In this document: in pieces, positions 1 to 11,800 of the stretch | Layout of the letters: each line of letters begins with the position of its first letter | Numbering within the stretch: the first letter of the stretch is position 1 | From: an uncultured Clostridia bacterium | GTDB taxonomy: Bacteria > Bacillota > Clostridia > TANB77 > CAG-508 | DNA: 64,000 nucleotides | Direction: 5' to 3' | Assembly (NCBI GenBank): GCA_904419495.1 | Contig: CAJFRV010000007.1 | Coordinates: 21,763-85,762 of the forward strand | Notes under the pieces: generated by a model | Seen by the model: only the letters and a program-made list of their open reading frames with translations | Told to the model about the DNA's origin: nothing | Database searches by the model: none | Position numbers and translations under genes: made by a program

Positions 1-1
1 G

Positions 2-943
2 AATAATATAAAAATAGTAGCAAATAGTGCATATTTTCCTCAAAAAGAAGTGAAAAATAATGATTTAGAAAAATACTTGAATTTGGAAAATGGATATATA
101 GAAAAAAGAACAGGCATCAGAAATAGATATTATGCAATAAATGAAAAAATAGAAGATATGGCATTAAAAGCAGTTGAAAATATGATAAAACAATCTAAAC
201 AGCAAGATTGTATAAATAATGTAGATTTAATTATAGTCGCAACCACAAGTACAAATATACTAATGCCGGGAATTGCAAACTATATTCAAAAAATGTTAGA
301 AATGACTCCATGTATGTGTTTAGATATATTAGCTGGATGCAATGGATATATTAATGCTTTAGACATAGCTAAAACATATATAGACTCAGGAAGAATCAAT
401 AAAGCACTTATTATAGGAGTAGATAAACTTTCAGATGTAATAGATAAAGAAGACGTTGGAACAGCTATTGTTTTATCAGATGGCGCAGGTGCAACTTTAA
501 TTGAAAAAGATACAAATTGTCATTCTCCAAAAAAATATATCTCAAATATCCAATCTGAAGGAAAAAATAATGAAATATTAACTTATGAATATGGAAAAAA
601 ATTATATATGAATGGAAAAGAAATATATAAATATGCTGTTACAGAAACAGTAGATAATATTAAAGAACTATTACATAATGCGAAATTGACATTAGAAGAT
701 ATTACATATATTGTACCACATCAATCAAACCTAAAAATTATGAAAGCAATTGCATCAAGATTACATATAGATATGAATAAAATGTATACCAATATACAAA
801 CAAGGGGAAATACATTTTGTGCAAGTATACCAATTGCATTATATGATATGCAAAATGAACAACAGTTAAACAAAGGAGATAAGATTATTTTATTAGGATA
901 TGGTGGAGGATTAAATACAGGTAGCATTTTGCTAGAAATATAA
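2..943 (+). CDS. fabH: 3-oxoacyl-ACP synthase III (FabH); 5' end is upstream of the window; the listed GTG at 50 is internal
   Basis: The frame is open from nt 2. IKIVANSAYFPQKEV...RTGIRNRYY matches the FabH N-terminus. Catalytic Cys (ILAGCNGY), His (VPHQSN) and Asn (RGNTFCAS) are present. Confidence 0.85.
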   Translation, partial: NNIKIVANSAYFPQKEVKNNDLEKYLNLENGYIEKRTGIRNRYYAINEKIEDMALKAVENMIKQSKQQDCINNVDLIIVATTSTNILMPGIANYIQKMLEMTPCMCLDILAGCNGYINALDIAKTYIDSGRINKALIIGVDKLSDVIDKEDVGTAIVLSDGAGATLIEKDTNCHSPKKYISNIQSEGKNNEILTYEYGKKLYMNGKEIYKYAVTETVDNIKELLHNAKLTLEDITYIVPHQSNLKIMKAIASRLHIDMNKMYTNIQTRGNTFCASIPIALYDMQNEQQLNKGDKIILLGYGGGLNTGSILLEI

Positions 944-951
944 GAAAAATG

Positions 952-1013
952 CCTTATTATATATGGGAAAATCTTATATAAGGTCAAAATAGAAGTCGAT
1001 TTTTCCTATACAA
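952..1013. repeat. Intergenic palindromic hairpin element (TATAGGAAA family), fabH-fabD spacer
   Basis: Arms ...tatatgggaaaatc / gatttttcctatacaa flank the loop tataaggtcaaaatagaagtc. It is near-identical to the element at 2821..2876. Confidence 0.55.
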
Positions 1014-1045
1014 TAAAAAAATATATATAGAAAGGAAGAAAAATA

Positions 1046-1981
1046 ATGAAAAGAGCATTTTTATTTCCGGGACAAGGAGCACAAGTTGTTGGAATGGGAA
1101 AAGATATCTATGAAAAATATGATGAAGCAAAAAGAATTTATGAGGAAGCTTCAAATATATCTGGAATAGATATTAAAAAACTTTGCTTTGAAGGTCCAGA
1201 AGAAGAACTTAATAAAACAGAAAACACACAAATAGCCATATTAACAACAAGCTTAGCAATATTAGAAGTATTGAAATCAAAAGGAATTGAGGCAGATATT
1301 GCAACAGGATTAAGTTTAGGAGAATATGGAGCATTAATTTATTCAGGAATGATTAGTTTTAAAGATGGAATCAAGCTAATTCAAAAAAGAGGCTACTATA
1401 TGGGAAATCTATTGCCAAATGAAACTTATGCTATGGCAGCAGTTATAGGATTAGACTCTGAAAAAATAGAAGAAGTTTGCAAAGAAATTTCAAAAGAAGA
1501 TAAATTTATTGTTATAGCTAACTATAATTGTAGTGTTCAAACAGTTATTTCTGGGGAAGAAGAAGCGATCGAAGAAGCAATGGAAAAACTAAAAGAAGTA
1601 GGTGCAAAAAGAGTATTAAGATTAAATACAAGCGGACCATTCCATACAATAAAACTAGAAAAAGCAAAAGAAACATATGAAAAGGAATTAGAAACAGTAA
1701 ATTTTCAAGTAAGTGACAAAGTAAAAGTTATCAAAAACATAGATGGAACTTATTATCATGTAAATGATAATATAAAAGAAATCTTAGCAAATCATATCAT
1801 AAGTCCAGTCAGATTTGATAAAGCAATCAAACTTATGGAAGAAGAACAGGTAGAAGAATATGTGGAAATCGGTCCGGGAAGGACATTAACAGGATTTGTA
1901 AAAAAAGAGAATAAAGAAGCAAACACCTATAATATTAATAGTTTGGAAACTTTAGAAAAATATTTAGAAATGTATAAATAG
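1046..1981 (+). CDS. fabD: Malonyl-CoA:ACP transacylase
   Basis: FLFPGQGAQ motif, GLSLGEYGAL active-site serine motif, ~311 aa, position in the fab operon. Confidence 0.9.
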   Translation: MKRAFLFPGQGAQVVGMGKDIYEKYDEAKRIYEEASNISGIDIKKLCFEGPEEELNKTENTQIAILTTSLAILEVLKSKGIEADIATGLSLGEYGALIYSGMISFKDGIKLIQKRGYYMGNLLPNETYAMAAVIGLDSEKIEEVCKEISKEDKFIVIANYNCSVQTVISGEEEAIEEAMEKLKEVGAKRVLRLNTSGPFHTIKLEKAKETYEKELETVNFQVSDKVKVIKNIDGTYYHVNDNIKEILANHIISPVRFDKAIKLMEEEQVEEYVEIGPGRTLTGFVKKENKEANTYNINSLETLEKYLEMYK

Positions 1982-1995
1982 AGATCATGTTTATT

Positions 1996-2028
1996 CTGTT
2001 ATAGGAAAATTCAATATTTCCTATAACA
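1996..2028. repeat. Intergenic hairpin of the TATAGGAAA family (fabD-fabG spacer)
   Basis: ctgttataggaaaattcaatatttcctataacat is a near-perfect palindrome. Confidence 0.5.
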
Positions 2029-2064
2029 TCAACTTAATAAAACCAAGGAAAGGATGAAAGAAAG

Positions 2065-2805
2065 ATGGAAGAAAATAAAACCGTATTTGTAACAGGAGCT
2101 TCAAGAGGAATAGGAAAGGAAGTAGCTTTAAAATTTGCAGATAATGGATATAATGTTGTTATAAATTATGTATCAAGTAAAACAAATGTCGAAGAATTAA
2201 AGGCAGAATTTGAAAGTAAAGGCGTAAAAGCCTTAATTATGCAAGCAGATGTAACAGATGTAGAAGCAATTGAGAAACTTGTAAAAACAGCAATAGAAGA
2301 ATTTGGAAGTATAGATGTTTTGGTAAATAATGCAGGCATCACAAGAGATAATTTATTAATGAGAATGAGTGAAGAAGAATTTGACAAAGTCATACAAGTT
2401 AATTTAAAAGGAACATACATTGTAACAAAAGCAGTTACAAAGTATATGATGAAAAAAAGAAAAGGAAGCATTATTAACTTAGCTTCTGTTGTTGGTGTTG
2501 CAGGAAATGCAGGACAATGTAATTATGCAGCTTCAAAAGCAGGAATTATTGGATTTACAAAAAGTATAGCAAAAGAATTAGCTTCTAGAAATATTCGTTC
2601 AAATGCGGTAGCACCGGGATTTATAGAAACAGATATGACAGCTGTTTTATCAGATGAAATAAAAGAAAATATACATAATCAAATTCCATTAAAACGAATG
2701 GGAACAGCGAAAGAAGTTGCAAATTTGATATACTTCTTAGGCTCTGATGAAAGTGCTTATATAACTGGTCAAGTGATTAATGTTGATGGTGGAATGGTCA
2801 TGTAA
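2065..2805 (+). CDS. fabG: 3-oxoacyl-ACP reductase (SDR family)
   Basis: TGASRGIGK cofactor motif, NNAG, YAASKAG catalytic YxxxK motif, 246 aa. Confidence 0.9.
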   Translation: MEENKTVFVTGASRGIGKEVALKFADNGYNVVINYVSSKTNVEELKAEFESKGVKALIMQADVTDVEAIEKLVKTAIEEFGSIDVLVNNAGITRDNLLMRMSEEEFDKVIQVNLKGTYIVTKAVTKYMMKKRKGSIINLASVVGVAGNAGQCNYAASKAGIIGFTKSIAKELASRNIRSNAVAPGFIETDMTAVLSDEIKENIHNQIPLKRMGTAKEVANLIYFLGSDESAYITGQVINVDGGMVM

Positions 2806-2820
2806 GAAGGCCTAACCTTG

Positions 2821-2876
2821 TTGTATACGAAAAAATCCATATAAGGTCAAGATAAAAGCCAATTTTTTCTATACAA
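2821..2876. repeat. Intergenic palindromic hairpin element (same family as 952..1013), fabG-fabF spacer, where acpP would normally sit
   Basis: Arms ttgtatacgaaaaaat / attttttctatacaa (14-15 bp) flank the loop ccatataaggtcaagataaaagcca. Confidence 0.55.
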
Positions 2877-2919
2877 TAAAAAATTGAAATAGAAATAGTA
2901 TGAAAGAGAAAGGAAGAGA

Positions 2920-4164
2920 ATGATGGAAAGAAGAGTTGTTATTACAGGATTGGGAGCATTAACACCAATAGGAAATACTGCAAAAGAATTTTGGGACGGA
3001 ATTAAGGCAGGAAAATGTGGAGTTGATGAAATAAAAAGTTTTGATGCTACAAATTTTAAAGTAAAGTTAGCAGCAGAATTAAAAAATTATAATCCAGAAG
3101 ATTATTTTGATAAAAGAGAGGCTAAAAGATTAGATAAATTTTCTCAATATGCTATGATAGCTGCTAGAGAAGCATGGAAAGATAGTGGATTAGATAAAGA
3201 AACTGAAAATATGGAAAGAGTAGGAATTGTTATTGGTTCTGGAATTGGAGGAATCAAAACAATTGAAGAAGAGAATGAAAAATGTATTACAAGAGGACCA
3301 GATAGAGTTTCTCCTATGTATATTCCTATGGGGATTTTAAATATGGCAACAGGAAATGTAGCAATTGATATAGGTGCAAAAGGTGAATCTATGGCTATGG
3401 TAACAGCATGTGCATCTGGAACACATTGTATTGGAGAAAGTTTCAGAATGGTAAAACATGGATATCAAGATGTTGTTTTAGCAGGAGGAACAGAAGCTGG
3501 AATTACACCTCTTGGTATAGCAGGATTTACCAATATTAAAGCTTTAACAAAATCAGAAGATAAAACAAGAGCAAGTATCCCGTTTGACAAAGAAAGAAGT
3601 GGATTTGTAATGGGAGAAGGTTCAGGTGTTATTGTATTAGAAGAATTAGAACATGCAAGAAAAAGAGGAGCAAAAATATATGCAGAAATAGTTGGGTATG
3701 GTGCTACATCTGATGCTTATCATATTACATCACCAGCTCCAGAAGGAGAAGGCGGTGCAAGAGCCATGAAACTTGCTATGGAAGATGGAAAAGTAAACCC
3801 AGAAGAAATTACATATATTAATGCACATGGTACATCAACACACTTAAATGATTCTTGTGAAACACAAGCAATTAAAACAGCTTTAGGTGAAGAAAACGCT
3901 AAGAAAGTAATGGTAAGTTCAACAAAAGGACATACAGGTCATTTATTAGGCGCAGCAGGTGGAGTAGAAGCAATTGTATGTGCAAAAGCTATTGAAGAAG
4001 GATTTGTTCCAGCTACAATCAATTACAAAGTTCCTGATGAAGAATGCGATTTAGATATTGTTCCAAATGAAGGAAGAAAAGTAGATATCAAATATGCAAT
4101 TTCTAACTCATTAGGATTTGGTGGACATAATAGTAGTATTTTATTGAAAAAATATGAAGGATAA
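2920..4164 (+). CDS. fabF: 3-oxoacyl-ACP synthase II
   Basis: RVVITGLGALTPIGN N-terminus, active-site Cys (ACASGTH), HGTST and GHLLGAAG motifs, 414 aa. Confidence 0.9.
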   Translation: MMERRVVITGLGALTPIGNTAKEFWDGIKAGKCGVDEIKSFDATNFKVKLAAELKNYNPEDYFDKREAKRLDKFSQYAMIAAREAWKDSGLDKETENMERVGIVIGSGIGGIKTIEEENEKCITRGPDRVSPMYIPMGILNMATGNVAIDIGAKGESMAMVTACASGTHCIGESFRMVKHGYQDVVLAGGTEAGITPLGIAGFTNIKALTKSEDKTRASIPFDKERSGFVMGEGSGVIVLEELEHARKRGAKIYAEIVGYGATSDAYHITSPAPEGEGGARAMKLAMEDGKVNPEEITYINAHGTSTHLNDSCETQAIKTALGEENAKKVMVSSTKGHTGHLLGAAGGVEAIVCAKAIEEGFVPATINYKVPDEECDLDIVPNEGRKVDIKYAISNSLGFGGHNSSILLKKYEG

Positions 4165-4253
4165 TAAAATAAACATTTTCAAATTAGAAAAAATAGTGTA
4201 AAATAAAGAAGAAGTCATATTTGCTTTTAAATAATCAAAATGGAGGGAGAATT

Positions 4254-4718
4254 ATGGATTATAAAGAAATTAAAAAGTTAATGGATGATATGGGAAATTC
4301 TAAATTAGAAGAATTAGAAATTGAATTTCCAGATGGTGTCAAAATTAGTATGAAAAAAAGCGAAAAAAGAGAAGTAATTGTAGAACCACATGTTATAGAA
4401 GCAAGCGCACCAATGTCTGTTCCTGTAGTAAAACCACAAGAAGAAAAGGGAATGGTTACAGTACCAGAAAAGAAAGAAGAAAATTATAAAGTAATCAAAT
4501 CACCAATGGTAGGAACTTTTTATGCTAGCTCATCTCCAGATAAAGATCCATATGTTAAAGTAGGAGATAGAATTTCAAAAGGGCAAGTTGTATGTATCGT
4601 AGAAGCTATGAAATTAATGAATGAAATCGAATCAGAATTTGATGGCGAAATTGTAGAAATCTGCGTAAAAAATGAAGATGTTGTAGAATATGGCACACCT
4701 TTATTTAAAATCAAATAA
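4254..4718 (+). CDS. accB: Biotin carboxyl carrier protein of acetyl-CoA carboxylase (start trimmed to the ATG behind the GGAGGGAGA RBS)
   Basis: C-terminal biotinyl domain with EAMKLMNEIE (the biotinylated Lys lies in AMKLM). Confidence 0.85.
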   Translation: MDYKEIKKLMDDMGNSKLEELEIEFPDGVKISMKKSEKREVIVEPHVIEASAPMSVPVVKPQEEKGMVTVPEKKEENYKVIKSPMVGTFYASSSPDKDPYVKVGDRISKGQVVCIVEAMKLMNEIESEFDGEIVEICVKNEDVVEYGTPLFKIK

Positions 4719-4753
4719 TGTCCATTGGGGACGTTTCCTTTTGGGACATTTTT
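4719..4753. repeat. Solo REP-like element (family 1, TTGGGGACG core)
   Basis: tgtccattggggacgtttccttttgggacattttt has the same sequence as the arms of the inverted pairs at 24599 and 44447. Confidence 0.6.
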
Positions 4754-4805
4754 AGTTCTTATATTAAAATAAATAATAAAAATAGGAAGGAAAAAGGTAG
4801 TAGAA

Positions 4806-5228
4806 ATGTTAAATAAAGAGCAAATTAAAGAGATTATTCCTCAAAGAGATCCATTTTTAATGATTGATGAAGTAGAGGCTTATATTCCGGGAGAAAGTGC
4901 AGTAGCATATAAGAATGTAAGTGAAGATGAATATTACTTTAAAGGACACTTTCCGGGAAATCCAATTATGCCGGGGGTTTTAATTGTAGAATCATTAGCA
5001 CAAACTGGTGCAGTTGCTATTCTTTCTATGGAAGAAAATAAAGGAAAAAATGCACTTTTCGGAGGTATTGATAAATTAAGATTTAAAAAACAAGTAGTTC
5101 CGGGCGATAGATTAAAATTAGAGGTAAAAATAATTAAAAGAAAAGGTCCTATTGGAATTGGAGAAGCTATTGCAACAGTGGATGGAAAAGTAGCAGCAAA
5201 AGGAGAATTAACTTTTGCAGTTGTTTAA
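4806..5228 (+). CDS. fabZ: 3-hydroxyacyl-ACP dehydratase
   Basis: [11 protein letters not shown] and [15 protein letters not shown] hotdog motifs, 140 aa. Confidence 0.9.
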   Translation: MLNKEQIKEIIPQRDPFLMIDEVEAYIPGESAVAYKNVSEDEYYFKGHFPGNPIMPGVLIVESLAQTGAVAILSMEENKGKNALFGGIDKLRFKKQVVPGDRLKLEVKIIKRKGPIGIGEAIATVDGKVAAKGELTFAVV

Positions 5229-5322
5229 AAATAAATATTTGAAAACTGAAATCCAGTTGTAGTAACGATACAATAGACAAAAAAAGATTATAGTATAATT
5301 AAATTTTATGCTATAATCTTTT

Positions 5323-5583
5323 TTATGCTTCATAATATTGATCAGTATTACTATATAAATCTTCTAAGGAAATTCCTAAAACTTTACAGAAAGCTAGAGC
5401 TTCAAAATCTTTTACTGTTTTTTTACCATATTCGATTTCATAAATGTCACAAATATACATGGTAACACCTAATAAATCTAATTTTTTACAAATTTCTGGT
5501 TGTGATATTTTTTTCAATTTTCTATATTTCCTTAAATTTTTACCAATAATATTTAAATTTCCATTTAAGGTTTTTACTTTCAT
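5323..5583 (-). CDS. XRE-family helix-turn-helix transcriptional regulator (Cro/cI-like)
   Basis: 86 aa; the N-terminal region LRKYRKLKKISQPEICKKLDL resembles XRE-type HTH regulators; divergent to the giant DGR target gene. Confidence 0.55.
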   Translation of the reverse strand: MKVKTLNGNLNIIGKNLRKYRKLKKISQPEICKKLDLLGVTMYICDIYEIEYGKKTVKDFEALAFCKVLGISLEDLYSNTDQYYEA

Positions 5584-5650
5584 GAAATACCTCCTATAAA
5601 TTTAAAACTAGTTAATTTAAATTATATTCTATAGTAAAATTCGCCATCGC

Positions 5651-5800
5651 TTTACAGGATGAAACTGTAAATATTACAAAAATATTTCTAAAAAGTTACA
5701 AATAAGATACATTTCATAAAAAAGATTGAAAGTAATCTACAGGATGTGGTATATTAAAAATAAGAAAACTACAGGATGTAGCATAAGTTTTGTAGTTTTT
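5651..5800. promoter_or_regulatory. Divergent promoter region with three related palindromic operator-like sites (TTTACAGgatgaaaCTGTAAA; CTACAGGATGTGG; CTACAGGATGTAG nested in AAACTACA..TGTAGTTT)
   Basis: The ACAGGATG core occurs three times (5653, 5737, 5771), each within an inverted repeat. It lies between the XRE gene and the giant ORF. Confidence 0.45.
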
Positions 5801-5886
5801 AGAAAATAGAATAAGTGAGAATTAGGAGCTTGTGAGATGTTTTTTAAAAGTAAATATATAAAATCAAAAGAGGAGGTATTTATAAA

Positions 5887-8800
5887 ATGAAATTTTCAAA
5901 GGGGAGAATGTTATTAGCAAAAGATGGAACACATGGTATCACTTTAATTGCACTGGTTATTACCATTATTGTTTTGTTAATTTTAGCAGGTATTAGTATA
6001 GCAACTTTATCAGGAGATAATGGTGTACTTACAAAAGCGGTAGAAGCTAAAAAACAGACTAAAATAGCAGAAGATACAGAAAATCTACAACTTTTATATG
6101 TACAAAAAGCAGGAGAAACAAAATACGGGGATCCATCAATAGATGAATACTTAGACTATGTAGAAGAAAAAGGATATCCGACTAAAGTAGACAACGGAGT
6201 CAGTTATGTAGAAGCAGATGGAAGTATCTATGAAGTTAGTATTGAAGATGGAGAATTGAAAGTAGATTATGTAGAAGAAGGTACAATTACTGATCCAAGA
6301 ATACAAAGAATAGAAATTGTAGAAAAAACTATGAATAGTATTAAGATATCTGTTATAGCATCAAGATTAGATGGCGGAACTTTCTATTATTATATAGGAA
6401 CAAGCGAAGATCAATTAGAAGAACAAGGAAGCGGTAAAGAAACAGAGTTCACATTTGAAAATTTAAGTCCGGGACAAACATATTATATTAAAGTAAAAGG
6501 TGTTACTACAGATGGAAGAGAAACAGAAAAAAATATAACAGCACAGATAGATTCTATACCAGATGCGGAAGGAAATATAACTTATGACATAAGATGGAAT
6601 AATGGAACAGCAACTGTTACTTTTAGAAGTACAAGTGGTTATACAATTGAAACAAGTAGAGATGGTTTAACATATACAAAAAGTTCTGTTGTAAGTGGTG
6701 TAGAAAATGGAGGAATTGTACGAGCAAGATTAACAAATGGAAACTTTGCAGGAAAAGAAATTACTGTAACAGTAATAGACTCTGAAAAACCAAAATTAAC
6801 ACTAAAAACAGGAAAAGTAACAAGTAAATCAATAGAATTAATTGCAACGGCAACAGATAATGAAAGTGGTGTTACGGGACAGTCATATAATTATTATATA
6901 GGAAAAGGTGGAGAAAGTAGCACGTTATCTGGAAATAATACAACAGGAAAATATACTTTTGAAAACTTAGATCAAAATACAACCTATGAAATTAAGGTAG
7001 AAATAGAAGATAGAGCAGGAAATAAAGCAACACAAACAATGGAAGCAAAAACAGAATTAATACCATCAGCTTCAAGTGCAATTCGTAGGAATGTTGTATG
7101 GAATGCAGATGGAACTGCACAAGTAACATTATCAACAGATACAAGTTACAACATTTTATATAATATAGATGGCGGTCAATGGGAATTATATTCAAATGCA
7201 TTATCTGTGACGAATGGACAAACAATTTATATGTGCTTAACAGACGGAAGAAATAGAGGAGAAGAATATGGATTACAGGTAATAGATAGAGATGGTCCAG
7301 AAATCACAGTGACAAGAGGAAAAATTACAACAAATTCTATAACGGTAAATGTAGAGGCAGAGGATAAAGGATCAGGATTACCACAAGGAAATACATACAA
7401 ATATTATATTAAATCAAGCAATGAATCAGATTATAGGTTAATAAAAGAAGGTGAAAGTAATACAACATTCACATTTACAGGATTGACTGCTCAAACAACA
7501 TATAATATTAGAGTAACAACAACAGACTTAGTGGGAAATGAAGGAAAAGGAGAAATAGATGCTACTACAAATGAATTTACTTATGTAACTGGTAATATTG
7601 AATTTAGTGAAATTCGTTGGGAAAACAAATTAGCAAATGTTACACTAACAAACAATACAGCAAATGCAATGGAATATAAAATCATTCCAAAGGGAACAGA
7701 AGTAGACTTAGGGGGAACATGGCAAACAGCATCTAATAAAACACAAACAGTAGGAAATTTAAAAGCTGGAGATATCATTCTTGCAAGATTGAATGATGGG
7801 GTTAATACAACAGGTTATGCAACATTAACTATCCAAGACACGATAAATCCAAGTATAGAAGTAAAAATTAGTAATGAACAATGGACCAATACATCTGTTA
7901 CCATAACTATTAATGCAACAGATAACGAAAGTGGATTACAAGAACAAGCTTATAGTTTTGACGGTGGTACAAATTGGCAAGCAGAAAATACAAAAACATA
8001 TGAACAAAATACTGCCGGAATTGTTATAAAAGTAAGAGACGAAGCTGGAAATGTGACAACATATAATACAATCAACATTACAAATATAGATAAAGACGGT
8101 CCAACAATGAATGTAGAAACAGATACAACATCAAATTCATTAACAGTAAATATTACATCTGTAACAGATGCTGGAATAGGACTAGAAGATACACCAACTT
8201 TTGTATATTATATAGCGACAAGTAGTGAAGCATTAGAAACCACAATAGGAGCTACAAGTACAGAAAAAACAAAACAATATACAGATTTAACGCAAAATAC
8301 AACCTATTATTTAAAAGTAGAAGTACAAGATAAATTAGGAAATGTAACAACTGTGTATAAAACAGTATCAACAGGATCATTAGATGCAAGTTCAGGAGAT
8401 GTTAATATAACAGATCCAGAATGGACAAATGGAAAAGCAAGTGTTAGAATTACGAATCAATCAGAATATGATTTACAATATCAAATCGTAGAAAATGGTG
8501 AGAGTTTTAATGAAAACGGAAACTGGACAAATGAAACGAATAAAGAAATGAATATTGGAGAATTAAAACATGGAGATGTTATATATGTAAGATTAACAGA
8601 TGGAAGCAATGTTAGTGGAACAATTATTAAAGAAATAAAAGATGTAGTAAATCCAACAATCACATCTGTAACAGGAAATCGTGAAGAATGGACCAATACA
8701 CCAATTACTTTAACGATTAATGCAACAGATAATGAAAGTGGATTACAAGAACAAGCATATAGTTTTGATGGTGGAAAAACTTGGCAAAAGGAAAATACAA

Positions 8801-11800
8801 AAATATATGAACAAAATACTGCTGGAATTGTTATACAAGTAAGAGATATAGCAGGTAATATAACAACATATGACACGATCGACATTACAAAGATTGATAA
8901 AACAGGACCAAGTATAACCATTGAAGAACAAGAAACAACAACCAATCAAAGTACAATCAATGTAAAGGCTACAGATAGTGGCGTAGGTATGGAGGAAACT
9001 CCAACCTACACCTATTACACAAAACAAGGAGAAGCAGAAAACTATACCAAAATAGAGGAAAATCAGAATACAACATATACATTTAAAAACTTAAAAGCAG
9101 GAACAACATATACCATAAAAGTCGAAGCAAAAGATACATTAGGAAATATAGGTGAGAAAACACTAGAAATTACAACAAGAAATTTATTATATTCAGTTGG
9201 AGATATTACGTTTACAGATATTATATGGAACAACGGAAAGGCAACAGTAACTGCAAATAATAAAATAGAAGAATATGATATGCAATATCAAATTGGGAAA
9301 GATGGAGCAAACATTAATTTAAATGGAGTATGGACAACAGTAAAAGAAAAATCAATACCAATTACCAATTTAGAAGATGATGATATTATTTATGCAAGAC
9401 TAACTGATGGTGTGAATGTAACTAGTGGGTATGCAACCTGTAATATTAGTAATATATCAAAAGAAACATACACAGAGGAAGAATTAGCAAAAGAAACAAC
9501 AAGAGCAGATTATGAAATATTAGGCATATCTGTAAATAATAATGAAATACGTGTACAAATTGATGGAAAAGAAGAGAATGGAGCATTATATAATTATTAT
9601 TACAAAACAGTTAATGATGATAAATATACATTAATTAGTACAAATACAAATTATAATGAGCCAGCAGTCATAACAGATATACAAGAAGGAACATTATATA
9701 AAATTAAAGCAACCATTATTGATACAGATGGAAATGTATCAAGAAGTGCGAATACAGCAACTACAATAGCACTGGGACAAGCAACTCAAAATACAACCTA
9801 TAATGACAATAGAACTTACATTGATAATAGTAAAGAAGTAGAAAATGCAGAAGGAAGTAAAGTAGTAGCTGGATATACAGTTAGTGTACCAGCAGGATTT
9901 AAAGTTTCAGAAACAGAAGGACAAAATAAACAAGAGGATGGGGTTGTATTAAAAGATAACAACGGAAACGAATATGTATGGATACCTGTTTATGATGCCA
10001 TATATGATGGTGTAACCAGTATGCCAACAAGTACAGGTACAGCAACTAGAACATATAAACCTATGGCAACTAAACAAACAGGAAAAGCGGGATATTACGA
10101 AAGTTTAATTTACACTTTTAATGGAACATTATCATATAGAAATTCAAGTAATACAGGAATCGGAAAAACAAGTTACAGAGAACCAAGTTTGATAACAAAT
10201 AATGCAAATGATGGATATACTTGGGATGTAACACAAACAGTAGGTGTAAACTATGATGCAGCAGAAGATTATTATAAAACAGTCTTAGGATTTGAAAGCG
10301 CAAAAGCTTTTGGAGAATATATGGCAAGTAGCTATAATGATATGATTATGTCAGTTGATTCTTATGGAGGTTTTTATATAGGAAGATATGAAACAACAGC
10401 AGAAGAAACAGGAGACGGTGTTGTTGTTGGATCACAAGCCAATAAAACGGTATTAGCTAACAAAAATTGGTATCAAATGTTGTTATATCAAGATAGTGAA
10501 AAATATACGAAAAATCCATACAACACAATTGCAAGTGCAAGAACAAGTATGGTTTGGGGAAACCAATGGGATGCTATGTTAAATTATGTTTTAAAAGGAA
10601 TGGATAGTACAAAAGTAACTGGAAAAACCGGACAACAGAAAAATACACCAAGCAATTCTGGACAAGATGCATCAGATGTCATGAATAATATATATGATTT
10701 AGGATCAAATCTATATGAATGGACACAAGAAGCAAATGCAACTAACTATAGAATTTATAGAGGAGGAAGCTATGATACAGCATCTTCAGGAAGAGCATAT
10801 ACAAGAAATAATGTTGTACCAATAGACCAAGGACCAGCATTTGGAACAAGACTAGGTTTATATGTTAAGAGTACAAATGATGTAACAGGACCGGTTGTAA
10901 CAATTAACCATACAACAGCAACCTCAAATACGATTACAGTAGATGTAACAGCAACTGACAAGGAAACAGGTGTAAGTAGTTATCGATATTCTATTAGTGA
11001 AAATGGTATGAATTGGACACAAGTTGCAGAAACAACAACAAATACCTATACTTATACAGGCTTAAAACAAAATACAAATTATTATATAAGAATTATAGCC
11101 GTTGACGGACAAGAAAATGTTGGAGAAGCAGTAGAAACACAAGTAAAAACACAAACATTAGGAAACATTTCAGCAACAGCCATTACCTTATCACAAAAAT
11201 ATGGACCAGATGGACAAGGAATTGTACAATTGAACTTAGAAGATACCTACAAGAATTCAGGATATCATATAGAAACACAAGTTGTAAAACCGGGTGGAAA
11301 CTTCACAGAAGATCAAGGATGGACATCAGGAGATACGGTATATAATTTATCAAATGGAGATAAAATTTATGCAACTGTATATGATGGAAAGAATCGTTCA
11401 GGGGATTATTTCGAATTAGTAGTAGACGGTTTAGAAGAATATGCTTATATAGATGAAGAAGGAAATACCTATACAGAAGAGGAAGCACAAAAAGAAGAAA
11501 ATAAAAATCAAACTACTTACGATACAACTATGAATTATACAGATGAAGAAGGAAATACTGCAACCATTCCAGCAGGATTTAAAGTAGGAATATCTGATTC
11601 TGTAAAAAGTATTAACAATGGACTAGTTATTCAAGATAACAAAGGAAACGAATATGTTTGGGTACCAGTAGAAGAAGCTATTGAAACAGATACAACAACA
11701 GATTCAGCCCAAAAAGCAATGGCGAGATATCAAGCAGGATATAGTAGTGGTTCAGCAAAGGAATTTTTTGAAGGAATTTTATATAACTTTACAGGAACAG

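Noticed and set aside
2806-2919. acpP hidden in the fabG-fabF gap
   Set aside because: The gap is 114 nt and is fully occupied by a palindromic repeat element. There is no ORF of ACP size and no DSL phosphopantetheine motif in any frame.
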